Notes under the pieces: generated by a model
What the model was told of the DNA's origin: nothing
Database searches by the model: none
Seen by the model: the letters and a program-made list of their open reading frames with translations, nothing else
Assembly (NCBI GenBank): GCA_051362555.1
Contig: CM120640.1
Location: 36,661,967-36,725,966 of the forward strand
Reading direction: 5' to 3'
Origin: Lingula anatina
Lineage: Eukaryota; Animalia; Brachiopoda
DNA length: 64,000 nucleotides
Part shown: piece by piece, positions 12,997 through 21,324 of the stretch
Position numbering within the stretch: position 1 is the first letter of the stretch
How the letters are laid out: each line of letters begins with the position of its first letter
Program-made: the position numbers and the translations under genes

Positions 12997-14008
12997 TAGA
13001 ATTCTCGCCTAAAGTTTATACAAGGTCCTATGACAAGGCGTGCTAAGTTGAATCGGCATTGATCAATTAATACAGCACTAACAGTACATGGAACTGACAC
13101 TAATAATATTATCACTGAAATACTCTTTTTAAATATACGACAAGACAAGATCCATGGGGGGAAAATACCCATACGACATTTAAATCAAGATTTTGTCAAT
13201 CAAAAGTGCTGCAGAGTAATAAGGATGAATTCAGCATTTGGGGCGGAACTAAGTGAAGAACGTCCCCCAACCGAAGGGGAAAAAAAACATAAAAGCTGTA
13301 TAATTATTCAAAATTCAGATGCAATAAGCAAAGTCAGACATAGTTTTATAAAAATATGGTATGAGGAGTTCCACGTATCAAATGGATTTGTAATGGAGAT
13401 TTAATCTAGACAATTTTTATAACCCATTCGAGAACCTACTATAGGACACTTTGATAATCACTGTCACCGTTAACGTCTATTAAATCACGTTTCACAAATA
13501 AAAGATAAGAAGCAATAAATGAAATTAAACATAGATCTAAGCACACGGAGATTGAATAGGCCTACTACAGGTTGGTACAGTATTAGACTAGACCACGTTT
13601 TACATGACGTACTGTGCAACAAAAACGCAATCGGCAATCCTCGGCTGATTCCGCAAGAATGTCAGGCCAGACATGGCAGATTACGTTATACGCTGAAATT
13701 GTGACGTAGATGGATAACGTTGTTTGGCAAGTTGCCAAATGCTGACGTCAGTTGCTATTTTACTAGTATCTTTTTTGTTTTGGCAACAGACCCATTCACA
13801 TCTTTTTTAAATTATTTTGATATCCAACTAAACTAATTAATCAAATATTCTATCAATGATTATAATGCTGAGTTTTGCATTGTCTAATTATTTCTGTTGT
13901 TTCACGTATTTTTTCAATCGAGGAATATGTAAAAAATTGATATGAAACTAAAAAACTATTTTGTTTTTCGGATATCGTCAAGGCAACAGACAGATCATTA
14001 CGCCATAG

Positions 14009-14173
14009 TATATAAAGCCAGCACGCTCCACGAGCGTCAGTTGACAACGAGCTTGCACAGTGAGCAGACTTACGTCACTTCACAGCGAATTTCTAAGCAG
14101 TTTCAACTGTCAGTTGCCTCAGGCTTTCACCTGTTCTACATCTTTTTACCACTGTATCTTGAAAGAGATATCG
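14009..14173 (+). promoter_or_regulatory. TATA box + initiator + non-coding exon 1 of orphan gene copy B
   Basis: TATATAAA 14009-14016, TCAGTT Inr with A at 14039, donor G|GTGAGT at 14173/14174, and an upstream TGACGTCA (CRE) at ~13743. Confidence 0.75.
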
Positions 14174-14406
14174 GTGAGTTTTTCTGCATATTATCTATTC
14201 AAAATTCCATTTTTTTTTAGAAATTGGATTTTTTTATTTTCTGACCATGTCTTATTTCTGTTTTCGAAAAAAAAAAAAACGGAAAGAATTTCGATTTTTT
14301 TTCATTTGTTTATTTATTGATAGACTCACCTTTGATCTATTGGATTTTTATTTGGGTGAAACATAGAAAATATATATTTTTTATGTCTGACCAGAGTAAG
14401 ATGCAG

Positions 14407-15097
14407 GGGCCGGTTTCACAAAGCAGTAGTTAGTTAGCGATCGGTAGTTAGCCTCTCGCTAGTTAGAGTGCCGTTTCACGAAGCAGTCGCTAGTTCTCTC
14501 GCTCGTTATTGTCTCGTTGTTGCCTTGGATATTTAACGACTGGTCAGACCAGTCGCTAACTCTAGAGTTTCATCGTACGCATGCGTAATGAGTGAAATAA
14601 AAAGGTTGCTTAGTTACCGTTGTCTGTCGTTTGTCTTTGTATCCAATATGGCGGCTACCTGTGTTTCTTGCTAACCGTACCGCCAGACGGCAACGTAGAC
14701 TACGACGTTTTCATGAAAGGCAGAATCTATTAGAATATACACACGATGATGCAATTTACGAGAGGTTGCGCCTAGCTGTGACAAAAAGAGCGGCAAAAAG
14801 GTGGTGGAGATCCTTTACGACGACCTCAAAGCAGACGTTCTTATGCATTTCCAGCCACCAAAAATTGGAGAGTTAGTGCTTTCGTGACACTTTTACGCAA
14901 GAGTTCCACTTCCGGTAGACGGTTTCGAGACTACGGTGAGTAACGAGAGAACTAACGACCGAACTTTACGACTGAACTTAGCGATGAGTTAACTACTGCT
15001 TCGTGAAACACCCCTCGAAAATCGCTAAGTTTGCCCGTTAGCGAGGTAGTTCAGTAGTTAGTTGTTCTAACTAACTACTGCTTTGTGAAACTGGCCC
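14407..15097 (+). mobile_element. Non-autonomous PIF/Harbinger DNA transposon in the intron of orphan copy B
   Basis: TIRs GGGCCGGTTTCACAAAGCAGTAGTTAGTTAG / CTAACTAACTACTGCTTTGTGAAACTGGCCC, with a 3-bp TSD CAG. The internal remnant RRFHERQNLLEYTHDDAIYERLRL resembles the Harbinger transposase N-terminus. Absent from the left arm. Confidence 0.88.
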
Positions 15098-15307
15098 CAG
15101 GAGATTTGAGTGAATTTTGACCAAACTTCTAGAAAGACCAATAAAGATTTTTACTAACTCTCGCATTTTAGTGAGAGGTAAATAAAAACCCTACAATTAT
15201 GCCCGAACATGTACTGCATCTCACATGCATGTTTCTGTACATTTACAATGACATAAGAATCAACAAATAGTTATGTACAGCAAAGATAATTCTTGCTCCT
15301 TTCAGAC

Positions 15308-15949
15308 ATGTGTACTTCCACTGTATCCACCCGTTGTAGGACCCACTACCACGCATTTTATTGCCCATGTGGATGTGGTGGCATCTTTAGATCCAAAACT
15401 AAGGTATCAAATACAACGCTAGCCACTATGGCTTCCACGTTGTTTACCTTTGCTAAGAATGTCATAGGAAAACCTACGGTTAGGTCTAGAATCCCTGTAG
15501 CAGTTAACGGGTGTCTCCGTTCTACTGTGAGGGCTCACTGCCCAGTAGTTGTAATCCAAAGAATACATAAACCTAGTCGTATTCCTGTTGCTACTAAAGC
15601 TTTGTATGGTGGTGGTGAGGGGAGAAACGAAAGGGGGGAAATTATTGTGGCTGATCCTCTGTGGAGGATGAGGGGTAGGCGTGCTCGTAAAACACCTATG
15701 CCTAGATCTCTTTTGCGTTCTCCTTGGCACCCTATCAGCTACAGGCACACTTCAAGAAGTGTTGCAGATGCTTTGGAAAAGACAAAGTTGTATGGCACCG
15801 CTAAGTTGTGTGGTGAGTTTATACATCCCAGTAGAACTGGTAGAATTATGGGAAGTAAAAGTAAGAAAGACATGACAAAAGTTGCACCCTCTTCTAAAAG
15901 GCGCTCAGCCTTTACTAGATTTGTGTTGAGAATATTTGGTATGGGGTAA
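15308..15949 (+). CDS. Orphan basic 213-aa protein, copy B
   Basis: Acceptor CTCCTTTTCAG|ACATG at 15305/15306. Six amino-acid differences from copy A and several synonymous changes, with no indels or stops. 41 K+R vs 8 D+E. Confidence 0.75.
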   Translation: MCTSTVSTRCRTHYHAFYCPCGCGGIFRSKTKVSNTTLATMASTLFTFAKNVIGKPTVRSRIPVAVNGCLRSTVRAHCPVVVIQRIHKPSRIPVATKALYGGGEGRNERGEIIVADPLWRMRGRRARKTPMPRSLLRSPWHPISYRHTSRSVADALEKTKLYGTAKLCGEFIHPSRTGRIMGSKSKKDMTKVAPSSKRRSAFTRFVLRIFGMG

Positions 15950-16692
15950 TATGTTAGCACAAATACCCCTGTTTGTATATATCTTTTCTACTGTATATAT
16001 ATATTATGGCATTTAGTTGTTTAGAGAGAACATTTGCAAATTTACATTATCAATTTCAATATTTTTAGAATTCTATACAGAAAGATTTCTTGCAACCTTT
16101 TTACGAATTCAATCCTTACATTTGTATACAACTTCCTTTGTAAACACTTTGATGACTGTGTGGAAGATATAACATTTTGGATATTTTTCTGATAAAATTA
16201 GAAGAAATTTTAAGTTTATTAAAATAAATTCCTTTTTACACTGCAGCAAAAATTATGGTTATTTGAAACAAAAATTTCCTACTGCCTTAATATTGTATTG
16301 GATTTTATTCTTAAACAGCAAAACCTATATGCATTGTGCAATTTATAGTGATCTGTATTGGGAAAAATACAAGGTACCTTGAAAAGATATAAATAGAATT
16401 AGTTTGAAAAATAAGTTAAAAATTAAATAAAAAATAAGGATAATATCATAATACAAAATAAATAAGCAAATAAATATAAAAATATATTTAAAAATAAGTA
16501 AAGAACATGATAAAAATTCTCACTTGAAAATAAATTGTTTGAAGAAAAATAATTAGAAAAATTAAATAGATGAAAAACAAAAAAATCATAAAATTAAAAC
16601 TGAAATGTAGATTTAAAAAATAAACAGAAATTCCCACATTTATATTTATTTCTTTATCAAATTAGATAATTTCTGTTAAATGTAGTATCATG

Positions 16693-16975
16693 CAGTGTTT
16701 ATGTTATTTCTGGTTATCATTGACTACATACTCATTAGAACATCTCTGAGGAGGATCATGTTCTTGTTGGTGCTGGCCACACTGACAGGAACATTTGGAA
16801 AGTTCATGATCAACCCTTATTGATTTTGGCCAAATCTGTAAGGACATTGGTCATGATCTTTTCATCATAGCATGTGTTTGTGTTGATGTAGGGCCCCATC
16901 AACACCAACACTGCTATATTCCTCTGGAAGTGTGAGTATGTAGGTCTATCATCACCAGTTATATCATTTACTCTG
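16693..16975 (+). other. Structured 3'UTR RNA element (four-way junction, three GGCC-loop hairpins), copy B
   Basis: Outer stem 16693-16734/16933-16975; hairpins 16758-16794, 16796-16864, 16867-16917. G-U wobbles work only on this (mRNA) strand. Confidence 0.8.
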
Positions 16976-17482
16976 AAAAAATCCGTATTGTCGTCTCAGC
17001 ATTATTAATGAAAATGATGAAAAAGTTTTTTTAAAAATTATTAATATCTAAAAATATTAGGTCAGAACTGATGTAAGTTAAATGATTTATTTAATGGTTC
17101 ATTTTCGAAAATATTGCAATCTGTCATAGAAAATTTGAATCATGCATAATAAGCAGAATTTAAAGCAATAATGTTCAACAGGTTTGCAGTGTTTTGATAA
17201 ATCTCTATTCTTAAAGTGTTAATATTATGCTTCTGGATTTTATTACAATCATTCCATAATGATATGTATTCAGTTTTTTTTTTTTTTTTTTTTTTTTTAC
17301 ATAAGCCCTTTTCTGTAGGTGTTTAAAACATCCCCCCCCCCCAAATTTGTTAAAATCATTCTTCCACACAGTCATATCCTTCCAACTTGTATATTCATCT
17401 GTTTTCTTATCCAAAAAGAAAATTTTATATTTTCAAGTCAGTATATCTTTTTAATTGTAATATCTTGTAATATCAAATATGA

Positions 17483-17488
17483 AATAAA
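17483..17488 (+). terminator. Polyadenylation signal of orphan gene copy B
   Basis: AATAAA conserved with 7115-7120, with downstream TTTTGTTGTTTTTTGG. Confidence 0.6.
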
Positions 17489-17531
17489 AGACTTAGTCAC
17501 TCACTATATTTCTATATTTTGTTGTTTTTTG

Positions 17532-17579
<48 letters not shown>

Positions 17580-17883
17580 CACACCAGCACAAATATGTTT
17601 GTATACACACACAGAGGATTAAAAACCTGTTTAAAAACACACAAAGAATCAGACTGATAAAACTTTATTTCTGATTTAACTAACTAATAGAAAATTTATT
17701 ATTACTTACATTAATGGAATCAAGTATATAAATATCAGAATATCTTATATCAGAAAGATATTTCAAGAGAAGTAATACAAACTCTGTCTATAGATCTTTA
17801 CTATAACATTCAAGTAAATGTCATTTCTTTCAAAAACTTACAATTTTAGCTTAACTCTTACTTTCAATTCCTGGTCAGTGCTC

Positions 17884-17923
<40 letters not shown>

Positions 17924-20329
17924 AGATTTGATATCTTGCCAGAGAGCAGAAGACATGAACTAACATTAACATTAGCAATAACATGCCAATGGAGGTTTCA
18001 GTGGATATGCCTATGTTTAGTGTGTGTCTAACTGCTGCACTCATGGAGATGAAAAGGCTGCTTTTTTGTTGACAAGTGATTGACAGAAGAATACCCCTCC
18101 CTCCCTGCTACATTTTCACGATGTGCTATCTCTATTAATGCTTGGACTGAGTTTCCACTCAGAGCTGTAGATTTACACTCAAGCTACTCTATGGATGCTT
18201 TTACATAAATTTTGAGATTTTTTACACTGCAATATTGAATTTATTGAAACAGATACCCTTGCATTTCTTCTTTACCTAGACATCATGGTCAGCTGAAGCC
18301 AAAATGAATGACATAAACTTTGCTTATCCTACTTTATTGTATTATGAAGATCTCACCTTTAGTTACCCACAAAAACAAGCATTCTCACATTAAATTTGAT
18401 ATTTGGAACTTTTAAATCATTTTACATTATAACATGTAAAATATTGCCTGGGAAAAATATTTTTGTTCATAAGTTTTGTTCATAATAAATGAGCATTGTA
18501 AAGTACAAAATTTACCTGGACAATATATAAAAGCAACATAGATGTACTCTGGTGATGGCTTAGCAGAGACATGGCATTTCAACTGTGCAAATTTTTCATA
18601 GTAACAGAATACAATAGAAAATTAAACATGACTGCTTGACACATTTATTTATAGAACTACTACGTCATGACACATTTACAGTTATACAAAGCAAATATTT
18701 CACTGCTGTGCAGAACATAGCTTACTAATTCTTTTTATGATGGTTACATTTCACAACAATTGATAAAATTCCCATTGTCCTATTAAAACATTCCCAATCT
18801 GGTTTAAATTACTTTCACTTACCTAAATTCAACATTTTGCAAGATATATTTAAGAAAACATTATGGGTGAAGTGCAGCACACAAAGGATTCAAAGAAAAG
18901 TCCGCTCTAACTAATTAAAATTACATAATAAATATTTGTTCAGACACCATGTTACTGGTCTTTTTTTTTCGCATGAGATAGTACCTGAACTTATCAATAA
19001 CATTAATTTCTAAAAATGACTCAAAGCATGATAGCTTAATTAGCCTACGACTAAATCAATTAATCAATCAGAGAATCATGTCGACCGCAGTCGACCATCA
19101 AAATACTCAATTAAGCATCATCATAACTAGATTTCCAGACCCTGTGGTCCCCCACAAGACAGGCAAGCTCAGTTGTGTTCTCCAAACCGGTGTCCTCAAG
19201 GACAACCTGGACGCAAGGAGTTGCTGGTCGTAAGTTTTGTTTTGTGCACCCGATGATCCACGTGTGGGTACCCAGAGCAGAAATCAATTACGAATTCAAA
19301 CGTCACCTTAATATCAACCTTGAGAAATATAGGTGAACATTCCTTATGTTTTAAGGAGACTTAATCTTGCAGTATCAACAATAAAAATGCAAGGGTGATT
19401 GTACACCTTTTTATGAACCTTACAAACACGATTGGTATGCACCACGTTTGCAACAATTAATTTTATTCCAACACTGGTCCTCAAAAATAAATTGTCGACC
19501 ACGCCTGAAAACATCATTGCCGTTGCGAATTCTACTTCTTTATTAAAAGTTGCAGTTCGACATTAGATCCTTTGTATTAACATATCGAACCCCCTGTCAA
19601 CATACTGTAATTGATCAATATTTAGTTTGTACTGTCCACGCGTCTTTCGAGTTGTTCAATCCATTATCTCCAGATTTTCTTCAACCAGCCAAAGGAAAAC
19701 AAAGTTTGTCTGCAAAACCAGTCTCTAACGGGTTTTTCCCTGTTCCCATGACATCTTACAAACATCCTCAACCTCTACCTGTTGTAACTTTGACTCACTA
19801 TTGTATCGTTTTGATATTACAGCTCAGCTCGATCTGCATGGATTGCGGACAATAGAGGCTTATCCATGCTGCTTACTGATCAATAGAGTGCAATAGAAAT
19901 CTCTATATAGACTAAACACAAAGCCAAGTGTAATTACGTGGCCACAAACATATATTACACTACTGCAGCAGAACTTTAAGGCCAGTGCACTGTCCGGGAT
20001 ACTCATATATAGATCTACAGTAGCCGCTGGTCGTACGGAAGGTAGGTTAAATTTTGTCACTTCAAAAATCTTGAAATATTTTTACATTCACGCGTTCAGA
20101 TGCTCAGGTATCAGGCTGTCTTGCTAGGTAGGTTCTTCGATTACGTAATTCGACCTTCCAACTTCTATATGAAGGGTTTAGTCTGACGTCGCCATTTCGT
20201 TCTAACTTCAAAACCCCAGCGTTGTTCGATGGGCCCTGGTATTTCATGATGAACATAGGAACTTCTGTTCAGTATTGTTCGTTGGTCATTGGGTCAGTTG
20301 GAGGGTGGGGCAAGGGAGGGGCTGCTACC

Positions 20330-20497
20330 CAGGGGCGGATTTAGGCCGTCTTCTGGGTCTTCCAGAAGACGGTCAGATTTTCAAGTTTACACTGAATGGT
20401 ATCTATCTTTTTCTGTCGGAAGACGGTCAAAAATGGAGGATGGATCCACAAAGATAATTTGGAAGACTATCAGAAAATATCTCTGGATCCGCCCCTG
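20330..20497. mobile_element. MITE with CAGGGGCGGAT TIRs and 6-bp TSD
   Basis: CAGGGGCGGATTTAG...CTGGATCCGCCCCTG flanked by GCTACC (20324-20329, 20498-20503). Related GGCGGAT ends occur at ~10946, ~40772-41100 and ~41253-41578. Confidence 0.8.
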
Positions 20498-21324
20498 GCT
20501 ACCATAGGGCTAGGTCGCGCTGCCTATATCATAATTTGGTCACATATGTTCTTTCACATTTATCACAATAACCATTTCATGAACCACATAGCCGTGCCTT
20601 CGAATCTTTGCTGGGTCGCGTGATGAAGACTCAGTTTGACCATGGAAGTTTGCCAACCAGCAACTAGGCTAGCTCCAACTTGTGATGGCACTAGAGCAAG
20701 ACCGGTTTGTCGTGAATACCGATACTTGAGTTGTATCATAATTTTAACGCTTCCACTTTTTTTCTAGGGGTCCAGTTCGTTCAACATGAGCTTTGTGCAA
20801 ACAGTTTGTGACCTTCATCTGTGCTTGTCGCATTTACAGATATTTTCCTTTGGTAGACATTTCATCTTATTTTATCGCAATTTACAAGACCGAGCAAATA
20901 AAGCGTGGTTTTTAAAACTACTCTACTAAAATATCTTAATTGGGATCTTGTCTATTACGTTTTATTCTTTAAACGGTTAAGAAAGTACGTTAAGAAAGTA
21001 CGATAAGTGTTAACTTAAATTGCTTTACAAGGTTTAAAGTCAATCTCGCTTTGGGTGCCTGTGAGCTCTACGTGGTCATGTTTCATCATTATCTTACCAA
21101 TAGACTGTTACAGGCACTTCCGTGTCTGCAGTTTTACCGAGAAAATTGTGTGGAAAATCGTTCATTGAAAATAGTTATAACATTCGTTAGCTTGACAGAG
21201 TGGCAAAAGAACGTGAGTGGATAAGAAGAGTCATTTCAGGATCAGAGATTTATTCTCTTTTGCCTCTAAGAAATTTGCTAGAATAAGTGCACGTGACATT
21301 TACTCACTTTATCAATTTCAGGCC

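Larger units (their letters stand above)
13680..19060 (+). repeat. Right arm of the large inverted duplication (contains an extra Harbinger insertion)
   Basis: Colinear reverse-complement match to 5581-10051. The inner boundary is ATTACGTT at 13680, matching AACGTAAT at ~10044-10051. Confidence 0.95.

Noticed and set aside
16693-16975. Star element as tRNA, C/D or H/ACA snoRNA, or miRNA cluster
   Set aside because: It is too large for a tRNA and has no A/B boxes. I found no correctly placed C/D or H/ACA boxes. H1 and H3 are short for Drosha substrates and share a tight junction. An Rfam or small-RNA check is still needed.
5581-19060. Giant transposon with kb-long TIRs, or an hpRNA/endo-siRNA locus
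   Set aside because: No transposase or TSD. The arms include host ARNT 3'UTR, and the genes are transcribed outward, so no single transcript is expected to span both arms.
21217-21324. N-terminal extension of the GCNT ORF from a GTG start
   Set aside because: It lies in a small intron (GTGAGT at ~21213 to TTTCAG at 21321). The real start is ATG 21325.
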